Shown: one piece after another, positions 11,944 to 24,900 of the stretch
How the letters are laid out: the number at the start of each line of letters is the position of its first letter
How positions within the stretch are numbered: the stretch's first letter is position 1
Origin: Eledone cirrhosa
Taxonomy: Eukaryota
Direction of reading: 5' to 3'
DNA: 64,000 nt
Assembly: GCA_964016885.1 (NCBI GenBank)
Contig: OZ024741.1
Span: 76,756,001 to 76,820,000, forward strand
Position numbers and translations under genes: made by a program
The notes under the pieces: generated by a model
The model's input: the letters and a program-made list of their open reading frames with translations, nothing else
Databases searched by the model: none
What the model was told of the DNA's origin: nothing

Positions 11944-11947
<4 letters not shown>
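10451..11947 (+). mobile_element. Penelope-like / retrozyme-like non-autonomous element (5' inverted repeat, terminal direct repeat, 3' hammerhead)
   Basis: Inverted repeat 10451-10572 / 10618-10739. GAACATCTGAAACTACTTCGCTTTTCCT at ~10630 is repeated at ~11919-11946. Hammerhead at 11848-11919. Both ends abut (TA)n. Confidence 0.72.
11848..11919 (+). ncRNA. Type-I hammerhead ribozyme motif (complete)
   Basis: CTGT-CTGACGA-T-GTCGCGACACTG...CAGTGTCGCCAT-T-GAAA-TATATA-TC-ACAG. Stem I CTGT/ACAG, stem II GCGACACTG/CAGTGTCGC, stem III ATATATAT; predicted cleavage after C11915. Confidence 0.82.
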
Positions 11948-12031
<84 letters not shown>

Positions 12032-12327
12032 GGCTACTGTTTCTGCCTTGACCAGTGATGGAGTCATCTGTCACAGAAAGTAATGGTGGTGTTGGTTGTG
12101 GTGGTGATGGTTGGTTTTGAAAAAAAAATATTCAACTGACTTGTTAAAATTGTGTTAGTAGTGATGTTTAGATATCTATTCTTATATCCATCCCCTATTT
12201 GTGTTGTTGTTGTTGTTGCTACTGTCCCTTGAGACTGGCAAAGTCAGAAAATTCTTATTAAAGTTGACAAAGTAAACATTATTACTATTGTGTTATCTCA
12301 TCATTATTGTCTTTTTTGTCTCTTTCA

Positions 12328-13030
12328 GGGCAGTGGATTGGCAGTATCGGTAGAGGGTCGGATGCCATGCTTTGCAGCAAAGAGTTACGGCCCTTTATGG
12401 TCTGAGTTCAAATCTCGCCGAGGTTAACTTTGCCTTTCATCCTTACGGGGTCGATAAAATAAAGTACCAGTAATACACTGGGATAATTGCTGGCCTTGTG
12501 CCTAAAGAAGAAACAATTATTGTCTTTTTTGTTGTTAGAGCTATTTCTGATGTTGTCAATGACCACTGTAAGAGGTGATGCTGTTGTAGTTGTGATATTA
12601 ATAACTTTGAAGTCTATGACATCAATGTTGTTGTTGGTTCTAGACAAGAACACCAATAATCATGTTCTATTTCTTCCTGTTCGCATTTCTTCTTTTTCTT
12701 GTATTCCTTTCTGTAGGTGGATTGGCAGTATCGGTAGAGGGTCGGACGACATGCTTTGACGCATAGAGTTACGGCCCTTTCTAATCTGAGTTCAAATCCC
12801 GCCGAGGTTAACTTTGCCTTTCATCCTTACAGGGTCGATAAAATAAAGTACCAGTAATACACTGGGTAATTGCTGGCCTTGTGCCAAAAGTAGAAACAAT
12901 TATTTTTTCTTACATGACCCTTTATGTTCTGAGTTCAAATTCCGCCATGGTTAACTTTGCCTTTTATCCTTACGGGGTCAATAAAATAAAGCACCAGTAA
13001 TGCACTGGGGTAATTGTTGGCCTTGTGCCA
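12328..13030 (+). mobile_element. Three tandemly oriented family-A SINEs (~12328-12520, ~12715-12905, partial ~12915-13030)
   Basis: TGGCAGTATCGGTAG (A box), GAGTTCAAATC (B box), GCCTTTCATCCTTACGGGGTCGATAAAATAAAGTACCAG core. Confidence 0.85.
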
Positions 13031-13214
13031 ATGCAACTAAATGTAACTGAGCAGTTATCCTAAACAAATATAAAGAATATACAAAAACACAACAAAAAAA
13101 AGCAATTGTTGCATTCTACCAAAAACTAACAATTTTTGTCAAAACTTATAGAAGTAAAAATTAGTGTGGCTTTCTCAGTGGAGATAGATACAATTATTCT
13201 ATCTAATATTAACA

Positions 13215-14105
13215 TATGGCCAGTAATTTTGGGGTAAAATTGAATATATTGGCCCCAGGAACTAACTGATACTTTATTTTATTGACTCCAGAAGGATGAA
13301 AGGCAAAGTTGATGTCAGTGGGATTTGAACTCAATGTAGAAAGTTGTAACTAAATACTGCAAAGTATTTTGTCCAATGCTGTACCAATACTGCAAATCCA
13401 CTGTCCTAGCAGCAGCAGCAACAGCAACACCAACAGCAACAACAACAGCAGCAATGCTTTCTTTATTAACCACAAGGGTTGACACAAAGCATAACATTAA
13501 GGACAGCACAGGGCAGTACAAATGGGCATTTCTGCATGCAAAAACCAAAATAAAGGATGTAACAAAAAAAATGAAAGAAAGGAAAATTTCCCGGGGGGGG
13601 GGGGGGGGGTTCTGAGTGTCTGGAATAGGGAATGAAAACTAGGTTTGCACTTTAGAAAGAGTGAGAAGGAGTTGATTGTCCATATTTTCACCAATGATGT
13701 TCATTAGCATTAGGGCAAATTTTCAAGTTAAATAACAACAATGACTAAGATATCAAAGTAACAATAATAATAATTGTTTCTACTTTAGGCACAGGGCCAG
13801 CAATTACCCAGTGCATTACTGGTACTTTATTTTATCGACCCCCGTAAGGATGAAAGGCAAAGTCCACCTCGGCGGGAGTAACAATAATAATAATAATGAT
13901 TTCTACTATAGGCATATGACCAGCAATTTGGAGAGGAGGGAAAGTCGATTAAATCGACTCCAGTGTGTGACTGGTACTTTATTTATTGACCCCCGTAAGG
14001 ATAGAAGGAAAAGTTGATCTCAATTGGATTTAAACTCAGAATGTAAAGGGCTGTAACTAAATGCCGCAAAGCATTTTGCTCATCGCTCTAACAATTCTGC
14101 AAAAT
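13215..14105 (-). mobile_element. Cluster of minus-strand family-A SINE copies (~13215-13400, ~13760-13876, ~13900-14105)
   Basis: CTGGTACTTTATTTTATCGACCCCGTAAGGATGAAAGGCAAAG is the reverse complement of the family-A core. Confidence 0.75.
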
Positions 14106-14410
14106 AATAATAATTATAATAATAATGATGATTCCATTTATTGGCCACAAGGGCCAACATGTAGCGGACAATAATAATAGGTGCTCTAGGAATGAAAAAA
14201 AAACTAAAAAAAACAGACAAATAAATAGCCAAAACCCCAGGACTTACAAATATATACAGCATACAAAAGATAGCACTAGTAGACACTGCACACATATGAA
14301 AAGTACTTTCAATACAAAAGAAACAACATCAGCAAAAACTACACTGCTCATACCCAAGACGCACAGAGCTGCGCTCAGTAAAGCAGATGTGCAATAAAAA
14401 TAATAATGGA

Positions 14411-14447
<37 letters not shown>

Positions 14448-15278
14448 GTTTCTTTTATTGCCGTGGGGCCATGGATGAAAGGACATTACAAGAACAAATT
14501 ACAAAATGGTGGACAATGTGAAATGACAATAGTACACAATAATAGCTGCAATAATGATGACGACAACACAATTGCATCTAACAACAACAAAGATAATTAG
14601 AATGCCAATGACAACATCACCAACAATCAACAAAACAACAATAAAAACAAAATTGTTTTTCTTTTGCAATAATAATACTAATAATGATGATGATGTTATT
14701 TATTTACCACAAGGGAATAATAATAATAATTTGTTAAAAGCTGGTCTATTTCTATATTTGCTGTTTTAAGAATAAATATTTGTTTTTGTTTTCTTTCATT
14801 CTTTATTTTTTAATGTAATAATGATTCTCCTTGAGTCTTGGAGAAAGGGACAATATTCTGGTTCGTCTCTGATCATGGAACAGTCTAAGCGTCAAGGACA
14901 AGAAACAATATCTAATTTCTATGTTTCCATTATCAGCCACCAGACAAGTGCCGGAGAGAAGGCGAAAGAGAGACATTGACAGACAGACAGACACAAAGAC
15001 TTAAACAAGAAAGGAGACAATCATATTCTGTTATGAAACATGTTTGAGTGTGATTGTAAATGTTTATATGTGAGTGCGTGTATATAATCCCAGTGTGTGT
15101 GTGTATATATATATATATAATACAAGTAAATATGAATGAATATCTGTATATATGTATATAAATATGTTTATGAATATATGAGAGTATGCTTGTATGTATG
15201 CATATGTACATATGCATATATAGACAAATACATATAATGTATACACCACATACACATACATTATATACATATATATAT

Positions 15279-15732
15279 CATCATCATCATCATCTTTGTT
15301 TAACGTCCATCTTTCCCGCTAGCATGGGTTAGACGGGAGTTGTCCCACTTGAGGCAAGGTTGGTCGGGTGACCATGTCTCGCTCATATAGGACTATCTGG
15401 CAGGTTTTCTACGGCTAGATGCCCTTCCTAACACCAACCACATTTACAGTGTGGAACTGGGAACTTTTTACCGTGTTACCTACACGGCCACATTACAGCG
15501 TGGACTGTGTTTTTTGTCATGACACCTACATGATCTCGATCTCATTGTCTCATTTATTTGGACTGGATGTTGTGGTACCAACTTTACATATTAATATATA
15601 TTCATAGACATATAAATACAAGTATATACAAGGCATGGTCAGCTGACCGGACACTGCCCACAACAGGACAACCCACCTAACCCATGTTAGCGTGGAAGAA
15701 CGGACGTAAAATGGTGATGATGATGATGATGA
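15279..15732. mobile_element. Two RTE 3'-UTR fragments (minus ~15279-15585; plus ~15625-15732)
   Basis: (CAT)n + TTTAACGTCC...GATGCCCTTCCTAACACCAACC on one; CCCATGTTAGCGTGGAAGAACGGACGTAAAA + (GAT)n on the other. Confidence 0.75.
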
Positions 15733-15734
15733 TC

Positions 15735-18700
15735 ATTATCATCATCATCATCATCATCATCATCGTTTAACGTCAATATTCCACGGTTGCATGGGTTTGG
15801 ACGGAAGTTTTCCCACTTGAGGCAAGAGTAGTTGTCTTGCTCGCATAGGACTGTCTGGCGGGTTTTCTACAGCTGGATGCCCTTCCTAACACCAACCACA
15901 TTTACAGTGTGGGACTGGGAGGTTTTTACCGTGTTGCCTACACGGCCACATTACAGCGTGGACTGTGTGTTTTTTTTGCCGTGACACCTACACGATCTCA
16001 TTTGTTTCGGCCTGGATGTTGTGGTACCAACATAACTTTACATTGAAAGGGGCGGTGTGGATGGGGTGGGAGTGGTGGGACGGGGGTGTATTTTGTTAGA
16101 GATGCCTACTGACTGTAGTAGGTTTTTACTTTGTATTTAGGTAAGGCGGGTCTTCTCTATTACTGAGTACAGCCAAAGATCTTGGTCCAGTGACATTGTC
16201 TTGGAGAGGTGTAAGTGTGTGAGGTCGGAATTTATCAGGTCATCCCAGGTTTTTCTGGGTCTGCCTACTCCGTGGCTACCGTCTATCTTTATTGCCCTGC
16301 ACTTTTTTATACAGCTGTCGTCTTTCATGCGCATCACGTGACCATACCAATGTAGCCTTCTCTCGAGTAAACAACATCTGATCCCTCTTATTTCTAATTT
16401 TTCCCTTAGTTCGTTTATGCTTTGTCGTTCACGTATATTACTATTACACATCCAGCGGAGCATGCAAGCTTCGTTCCTCTCTAGTCTGCGTATATCCTCT
16501 GCACACAATGCCCAGGTCTCACTGCCATGCAACATTGCTGTTCGTATGCAGGCATCATATAGCCTGCCTTTCATTTTTAGGGAGAACCCTTTAGCGGCTA
16601 ATAGTGGTATAAGCTCTCTGAACTTTTTCCATCCAGTTCTGACTCTAGCTACTGTACTTTCAGAGCACCCTCCCCCACTGCTGATTTTGTCAGCCAGGTA
16701 ACGGAAGCTGTCCACTATTTCTATAGAACCCTCTGCGCAATTGAAAGAGCTAGTATTCTGTGGGCACTTGCTGCTACTTATTGCACCAGAGCACTGGCCA
16801 CATGTAAAATCTATGTTCTTAGTTAGCTAACCTGTGATCCCACTACATCTTTTATGCACCCATACTTTGCATTTGGGACATAAAATGGAGTTTCTACCTA
16901 CGCCTTTCCTACACACTGAGCATGGCCATTTCCCAGAAGGGACCGGCGCCTTATTTTCTTTCCTACAAACTAGAACTTTAGTCTTAGCCAGGTTAATTTT
17001 AAGGCCTTTTGATTCTAGGCCGTGCTTCCATGTTGGGAATTTCTTCTCTAGCTCGGCCATTGATTCAGCTATGAGCATTATATCATCTGCGTATAGGAGT
17101 TCCCATGGGCAGCCGGTCTTGAACTCCACTGCTATAGCCTGAAGGGCAATAATAAATAGTAGGGGGCTAAGAACAGAGCCCTGATGAACACCAACTTTTA
17201 CGCTAAACTCTTCACTATATTCGTTGTTAATTCTAACCTTGCTGACTGTTTCTTTATACATGGCTTGTATAGCTCTCACAAGCCATTCGTCAACACCTAG
17301 TTTTCTAAGAGCCCACCAGATAATGGAACGGGGGACTCTGTCGAAGGCTTTCTCCAAGTCAACAAAAGCTAAGTATAGGGTTTACTTTTAGCTAGGTACT
17401 TCTCCTGTAGTTGTCGTACAATGAAAAGAGCGTCTGTGGTACTTTTGCCTGACACAAACCCGAACTGCATTTCATCTAGGTCAATTCTCTCTCTGATTAG
17501 TTGCGCTATTACTTTTTCCGTGACCTTCATGACCTGGTCGATTAATTTAATGCCTCTATAGTTACTCCTATCTAGGGCATCTCCTTTACCCTTGTAACAG
17601 TTAATGATGATGCTGCTACGCCAGTCCTTCGGAACAACCCCATTCTGTATGACTTGGTTTACTATCCAGGTGACCATGGTGTGTCCCACCGTTCCAGAGG
17701 CTTTCAGCATCTCAGCAACTATTTCCGAAGGCCCAGCCGCCTTACCCGTCTTCATATCTTTGATTGCCTTACTTATTATACTACCTTCGACTAACACTGC
17801 TGGTCCCTCTATTGGGTCGATGTGGGGGAGACTGTCTTTCTCCCATTTATTCTCCTCATCTAGTAGCCTTTCGTAGTGACACTTCCAAGCTACCTTCTTA
17901 TCAGCGTCAGTGATGGCAAGTACGCCATCATCATTAAGTACACACTTCTCCCCGACAATATCATGGTTTTCCTTGACGCATTGCCTAGCAATCCTGAACA
18001 CCTCACGTTTTTGGTCCTCGCGTTGTAGAACATGCTTCAACTTTCTTTCCTCTGCTTCCCTTCTTGCGAAGTACACTTGTCTCCTAGCTTCCCTCCTGGC
18101 CACTTGATAGTCTTCTCTACTTCCCCCATCCCGCCATACTTTCCAAGTCTGCTTTTTGGCCTTAACTGACTCCTCCACCTTACTGTTCCATCACCATGTT
18201 ACTCTTCTCCTGCCTACAGGCCTGCTCCAGCCACAGAGTTCGTCTGCCGCCATCAGCAGGTTTGCTTTCAGGAATTCCCACTGTTTCTCTATATTGTACG
18301 ACTCTAATTGCTCTTCCTTACTGTCGAAAGCATCAAGTAATATGCTTTGAAATTTATTTCTGGCTGTGGGGTCCTTTAGCTTCCATATTTTTCTCCTGAG
18401 GATAGTCCTCTTCTGCTGTCTAGTACGTCTCGTCCTGACTATGAGGTCGCTAATTATCAGTCAATGTTGGGAGGTGCATTCTTCATGGGGGAGGGATTTA
18501 GTGTTTATAACAGACACTCTGTCACGTCTTCTGGTAAGGATATAATCTACCTGGCTGGTATGTTCCCCTGATCTGTAGGTGATCAAGTGATTGTCTCGTT
18601 TTTTGAAGTTAGTGTTACAGATAGTTAGGTTATTTGCATCACAGAATTCCAGGATTCTGGAGCCTTCCTCGTTTCTAGTACCAAACTCATAGCCTCCGTG

Positions 18701-19480
18701 GATTCCGTCATAGCCGTCACAATGTTGTCCAATGTGGCCATTTAGGTCGCCAGCAATAATTATATAGTCACTGTCGGTTATTTGGGAGGTAGTGAGCATC
18801 AGTGTCTCATAGAATCTGTCTTTTATAGTGCCAGGCAGTCCGGATTGGGGCGCGTATGCAGATATTACTGTCACAGTAGTTCTATTTAGAACAAGTCTTA
18901 TTTTAATTATTCTGTCATTCACTCTATTTACATCTATTATCTTATCCACCCATTTTTCTGCTAACATGATTCCTACCCCACCTATCTCATTGTTATTTCC
19001 CACCCAGAAAAGCTTATAGCAACGTTTTTTACCCACAATGAATCTAGCAGACCCGCCCCTCCACCTGGTCTCTTGGATACAGCAAACATCAACCTCCTTA
19101 CGTTCAAGCATTTCTACAACCTCGTTAGAGCGGCCTTTTAAGGTGCCTACATTCATGGTACCAACTCTGAAGTTTTGGATTGTGTTTGGAGGATGGGGCG
19201 CAGGGAGGAGTGAGGGGGTTGGGGTTATGTTGGCCATCCGCGGCCAAAACAAAGAGGAGAGGGCCTTGCCCTTTCGTCTGGCAGCATGAGGTGAATTTGT
19301 CGTTATCTTTGGCATTGTCATCGAGTGTCCAGATTCTTCAGACTCTCCAGAAATTCCTTAGTCCATCCATCATATCGAAAAGCAGCCAGAAGTGATAGCA
19401 TAGGCCATTGACTTGTGATTGGTCCAAATAATAAAGGTGGAGAGTGGGGGCGGGAGGGAGGGGTATGGGGTAATTGAGAA
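15735..19480 (-). mobile_element. Near full-length RTE LINE (APE + RT + PHD-type finger), inactivated by several frameshifts
   Basis: ORF 18461..19321: GTMNVGTL, CCIQETRW, SAYAPQ, GDLNGH, QVDYIL (APE). ORFs 17369..18178 and 16827..17357: NYRGIKL, QFGF, HQGSVLSP, YADD (RT). ORF 16137..16715 is the C-terminus. (CAT)n tail at 15735-15764. 5' boundary approximate. Confidence 0.95.
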
Positions 19481-19596
19481 GCTTATTTAGAACAAGCGTG
19501 GGGAAGATTATTTAGAACAGTGAGACAGAATTATAGGATAGCAACAATTGTAGATATATGGATGAATGAACCGAAGGTTAAGGGGACAAGAAGAAA

Positions 19597-19802
<206 letters not shown>

Positions 19803-19927
19803 TGTATAATAAACAATTTATTATACATTAAATTTAGCTTTGTAACTTACATAGAGCACTCTTCACTCCTATGACTTTTTCAATTTTCAACGGAAACTTT
19901 CCATACTTATACATATATATATATATA

Positions 19928-20150
19928 TCATCATCATCATCACCGTTTTACGTCCGTTCTTCCACGCTAGCATGAGTTAGACAGGTTGTCCTGTTGTGGG
20001 CAGTGTCCGGTCGGCTGACTATGCCTTGCTCATACGGGAACTGATTCTGGCTTGATTTCTACAGCTGGATGCCCTTCCTAACACCAACCTCATTTACAAT
20101 GAGTGGTGGGTGCTTTTTTTCCGTGGCGCCTACACATCCACTTTACAGTG
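19928..20150 (-). mobile_element. RTE 3'-UTR fragment (second subfamily)
   Basis: (CAT)n + CCGTTTTACGTCCGTTCTTCCACGCTAGCATG...GGATGCCCTTCCTAACACC; matches the reverse complement of 62940-63167. Confidence 0.75.
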
Positions 20151-20151
20151 G

Positions 20152-20470
20152 ATGTGGCTTTATGGTTAGGGAATTTGGCTCACAATCGTAAGGTCGTGGG
20201 TTCGATTTCCAGTGGTGCCTTGTGTCCTTGAGCAAGACACTTTATTTCATGTTGCTCCAGTCCACTCAGCTGGCAAAAATGAGTTGTTCCTTTAATTTGA
20301 AAGGTCAGCCTTGTCACATTCTGTGTCTTGTTGAATCTCCCAGAGAACTACATTAAGGATATTCATATCTGTGGAATGCTCAGCCACTTGCACGTTAAAA
20401 TTTCACAAGCAGGCTGTTCCGTTGATTGGATCAACTGGAACACTCATCCTCGTAACCGACGGAGTGCCAG
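20152..20470 (+). mobile_element. tRNA-derived SINE (family C)
   Basis: GTGGCTTTATGGTTAGG, GGGTTCGATTTCC, TCCTTGAGCAAGACACTTTATTTC, then a distinct tail (..GATCAACTGGAACACTCATC..). A degenerate relative lies at ~31100-31415. Confidence 0.7.
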
Positions 20471-20499
20471 ACTTCTTGTCAGAGAGTGCCATCCCTTCA

Positions 20500-21375
20500 T
20501 TGAACATTGCACGATAATGTGAATGCAGGTGACTTTTCAGACCCACTTTTGTTTTCCAGGCATGTTCATAGATGTGACACTTGAACTGCCTGTCTCCTGT
20601 CAATACTGGCTGAGGTGTGTCTTCATGCATTCTGTCATGTCTGGTCAGCTGACTTGTAAATTAAGCCACACCCACTGCAAATGTACCATGGAGTACATGG
20701 CAGTAGAACCACCTCACAAGTGGCTCGATTTCTTCCTGGCTCATGTGATTTCAGATAGTTGACAAATCCAGCTTTTGATAGAAGAAATTGGTTACATACA
20801 TTGCACCTCAGTTTCTACTGGAATTTTTGCAGGTATTGCACTTGAGTCACATTTACAAAGTGAATGCTACAGAACAACATACTCCACTTGGATTTTCTCA
20901 AAGACATCACATCCATACTTGATGATCATTTTCCATGATGTATGGCCTTCAGCCAGTCTCTCCCAGGTCTCCATATCTATCTTTAGAGCTTTAAGATTGT
21001 CTTTTATGACATCCTTAAACTGTATGCTGTGGCTTTTCCCTCTGGTCAGCTCCCCATAAAATAACTATTAAGGTAGCCTTCCATCTTCCATCTTGACCAC
21101 ACGAGCAGGCTAATACATTTGTTTCATATCAATCTCAATTCTGGTGCTTCTTGTTTTCTCAAGTACAGCAGCATCAGATGTGTAAGAGGACCAGGTCATT
21201 TTTCAAGATGCTTCAGATACAATGCTGATGAAACCTTTCAAGCTGTCTGATGTGATGCCTGTAAGTTGTCCACATTTCACATCCATGTAGCAGGGCTGTA
21301 AGAATACGGTCCTCATACACAGAGAGCTTTGTGTTTCTTGTGATCTACCAGACTCACTTCTCAAGCTGGAGAGGC
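20500..21375 (-). mobile_element. Old degenerate RTE (BovB-like) LINE C-terminal fragment
   Basis: Minus-strand translation near 21225-21300 gives LLHGCEMWTTYRHHIRQLERFHQHCI; many stops. Confidence 0.65.
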
Positions 21376-21384
21376 ATCAGAGGT

Positions 21385-22770
21385 GATGAAGAAGTGTGAT
21401 TTTGATGACATCATCCTGGAGTTCTGTAACCAGGCACTGGAGAAGGGAGTTGCCCCAGATCAATGGAGGATCAGTGACATCGTCCCAATACCAAAGAAGT
21501 GAGATCTCTCTGACACCAACAACTACAGGGGGATCTCACTGACGTCACTTGTGGCAAAGACCCTCAACAGGATGATTCTTAACATGATCCAGCATGAGAT
21601 GGAGAAGAAGCTCAGGGACAACCAGAATGGCTTCAGAGAGGGAAGATCAACCATCGGTCACATCCTGATGCTGAGGAGAATTCTAGAGGGAGCTAGAGCA
21701 AACAGCCTTCCTGTGGGCATGGTTTTCATTGACTTTAGGAAGGCCTTTCATTCTGTGGATTGAGACTGTCTGATGATCTTACAGGCTTATGGAACCCCAA
21801 GACAATAATGGACCTGATATCACTGCTCTACACCAACACCAGAACCCAAGTCATCACACCTGACAGGATGACAGAGTTCTTTGAAATACTGACTGGAGTA
21901 CTCTAAGACGATACATTGGCTCCCTACCTTTTCATTATCGCAATGGACTATTGTATGCACCTTGCACTGAGAAACACCGGGACCCAGACTTCACTGTAAC
22001 ACCGGTTCAGAGCTGAAGAGTTAAGGCTAAAAAGATATCAAATGCTGAATTTGCTGATGACATAGTTCTGGTGACAAACACAGTAAAAGAGGCAGAGGAG
22101 TTGAGAGAGGTGGAGACTGTGTCGATGAGTGTAGAGCTGAGAATGAATGAGAGTAAGCCTAGGTATCTGGTAGAGAACATCAAGGAGCCAGAGAAGATTA
22201 TGAATGTGGACGGGAAGCCACAAGAGCTGGTTGAGGTATTCCTGTATCTGAGAGTAAAGATTAGGAACACAGAGTGTGATGTAGTGGAGAGGAAGAGCAA
22301 AGCCTGGGTGGTTAGTCACAATTTGAGGTTGGTGAGGAAGTCGGACCTTCATAAAGACCTGAAAATCTGTCCTTTCATCGCTTCAGTTGAATCTGTGCTG
22401 CTGTATGGGTCTACGACTTGGACACTGACCAAGAGACTCACTCAGATGGTGATGGGTGCAACATGGGGATGCTGAGCATGGTTCTGAACATTAATCAGTA
22501 TGCACTGAGGATGAAAATCTCAGCTGTACAGGAACCTCCTAAAATACAGCTCAAAGTCACACATAGGAGACTGAGGTTAGCTGGACATGCTCACCAACAT
22601 TCAAAGTTGACACTGCACTCAGTGGTCCTGTAGGAACTCCTACATGGACACACTGGAAGAGAGAGACCGAGGACGACATATGTTGATGCCCTAAGGACAG
22701 ACACTGGTCTCTGGGAGACATGGGACATAGCAGCAATGATGAAGGACAGAGAATATTGGAGAAAACTAGA
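21385..22770 (+). mobile_element. Degenerate RTE/RTEX-type LINE RT fragment
   Basis: IVPIPKK*DLSDTNNYRGISLTS, QNGFREGRST, FIDFRKAFHSV, EFADDIVL, VESVLLYGSTTWTLT, RRLRLAGH. Confidence 0.85.
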
Positions 22771-23050
22771 TCAGATCAAATCGGATCTGATAGTGTTGAC
22801 TAATAATACAGACATCAGATCCGTTTCCAGATCAGATCAGATTTTGGATCGGATCCGATCTGATAATACCGGCATTCTGATACTGTTGACTAATAATACA
22901 GACATCAGATCTGATCTCGGACCAGATCCGATAATACAGGGAGTCTAATAGTGTTGACTAATAATACAGACATTAGATCAAATGCCAGCTCAGATCCGAT
23001 GACAGATCAGATTTGATAATACAGGCAACCTGATAGTGTTGACTAATCAT
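22769..23050. repeat. GATC-rich tandem repeat (4 copies of TGATAGTGTTGACTAATAATACAGACATCAGATC-like unit, 67-90 bp spacing)
   Basis: GTTGACTAAT recurs at ~22796, 22886, 22953 and 23038. Confidence 0.8.
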
Positions 23051-23316
23051 ATTATACACACACACACATATATATATATATATATTTATATATATATGCC
23101 AGTATGCAGTTCTTAAGAAGTTAAGCGCCAAAAAACTTGCTTGAGTGGGGGTTTCTTCTCTGAAGATCTACTATCCCACTATCCTTAGACTTTCTTACTG
23201 CTATATACATATATGTATATGCCAGCATGCAGCTTTATTTCATTTACAAATACCTTGGTTGATATAAGATAATGTCTTCAGCAACTTCAACAAGTATAAC
23301 ATGACACATCTCTTAC

Positions 23317-23502
23317 CTGCAGTGCGTATGACACAGAATAGTCCTGCTGCTTTTTCCCTTGTATCTCAAGGTAATTATTAGCTTCCAACTGTTTCACACC
23401 TGCTGCTTTGGCTTTGTAACCAGAATAATAGCTTGCAGGGTCAGTTTTGTAAACATGGGGGACTTTCTCATCATCAATGCCAATCAGGATGATACAACAA
23501 CC
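23317..23502 (-). pseudogene. PSMA6: Proteasome subunit alpha type-6 (alpha1) exon fragment, probably non-functional
   Basis: [46 protein letters not shown] aligns with recalled human PSMA6 [46 protein letters not shown]. It ends at a CAG|GTAAGA donor. No AG acceptor upstream (runs into a microsatellite); no other PSMA6 exons seen. Confidence 0.8.
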
Positions 23503-24654
23503 ATAGATATATGTGTGTGAGTGTGTGTGTGTGCGTGTGTATGTGTGTACGTGTGTGCGAGTGTGTATATGTATATTAGGGTGTTTCATATTTATAGGGA
23601 AAGTTTTTTGTTGGCATGTCAATTGCACCCTGAATCCATTTCACATAAAAGCTACACAGGCAAAAATATAAGGAGATACAAGTATATTTAGGTTTGGTGC
23701 TTTTTGAATGCTATGACAAAAATATGAAAAAATTTACTTCAACTCTTGTTGATTGTATCCAGGTTGCATTTTTGTCTGTTTTCGACTGTGTAAATGCAGT
23801 AGATATTTCTACTGTTTATAGGATCCAAAATGAAAAAGAAATGAACCATAAACTTAAACTAAGTGTGTAAACATAATTTTATATCAGTGATTTGTTTTCA
23901 TTCTTCATACAAAGAATAAGTATTTTATATCATGTTGTGAGGTTTTAGATATTTGTTTTGATAATTCAGCAAGTTAATGAGTTAACACTAAGGTTTGAAT
24001 GCAAGGTTCATTGCATTGTTGGTTCAGTGCTAGTTTTGTTAGCGAGTAGTAAACACACTGGTTTTTATCAAGTTCCATCCATTGTTATAAAGTTATGAAA
24101 TAATTTTCTTGTCTTTTGCTTTTGCTGAAAGGGTACCAGAAATGTGAGAACCTAAAGGCTCTTTAAAATATAATTGATTAATTGATTTTGCTTGTCATCT
24201 TTCACGGTGATAAGAAAATGGAAACCAGAAAAGCCAGTTGGCTGCTTAAGAGAAAGCTCGAGTGGCAGTTAACTCAGACATGACTCTCCTCCAAACAGCA
24301 AATGCTCTTTGTGTTTTCTATGCCATCACGTCAATGGGTGACAATTTCAGTTGCCATAAAAAAACACTAGCCAGAAGATCCAGAAAGTGTTGGGAAGTGT
24401 TGGATAGAGTGGATTATAATGATGATACAAACAGCTACTAAGGAGTTGTGACTGGTGCTTTAGGACTTAAACGGAGTGGAGTTTTTCCTAGGTAGAATGA
24501 GAGAGGGGTGGGGTGTAGAGCAAGGGTGACGATAGTTACTATGAGCAGGGAGGACAAAGATGGATCAGGTTAAATTTATGCTGGAAGGTGGGTCTTCTTC
24601 AGTGAAGCATGTTGCCAATCCTCACCTGTCATGAGATTCTGCTTCTTAAGGTCG

Positions 24655-24900
24655 GTCATCACTATTTCATCCCATGTCTTCCTAAGTTTACCTCTTTCAC
24701 AGAGACTTCTCTGAACTTCTTTATACCACTGTCATCTTAAATACGCATCACATACCCACACCAGCACAGTCGTCTCTCTTGCACACTACATTCAATTTGC
24801 CTTATGCCTAGTTTTCCTCTCAGCTCACATATGCTATATTATTCATTCACAATCACACTACACATCAACTGGAACATACTTGCTTCATTTTGTCAAGCTT
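24655..24900 (-). mobile_element. Old RTE C-terminal remnant
   Basis: Reverse complement gives ERRLCWCGYVMRI..GKLRKTWDE-like sequence, similar to the RTE C-terminus. Confidence 0.6.

Noticed and set aside
21225-21260. CTGATGA followed by AAC as a possible hammerhead
   Set aside because: No stem II or stem I; it is antisense LINE coding sequence (ERFHQH).
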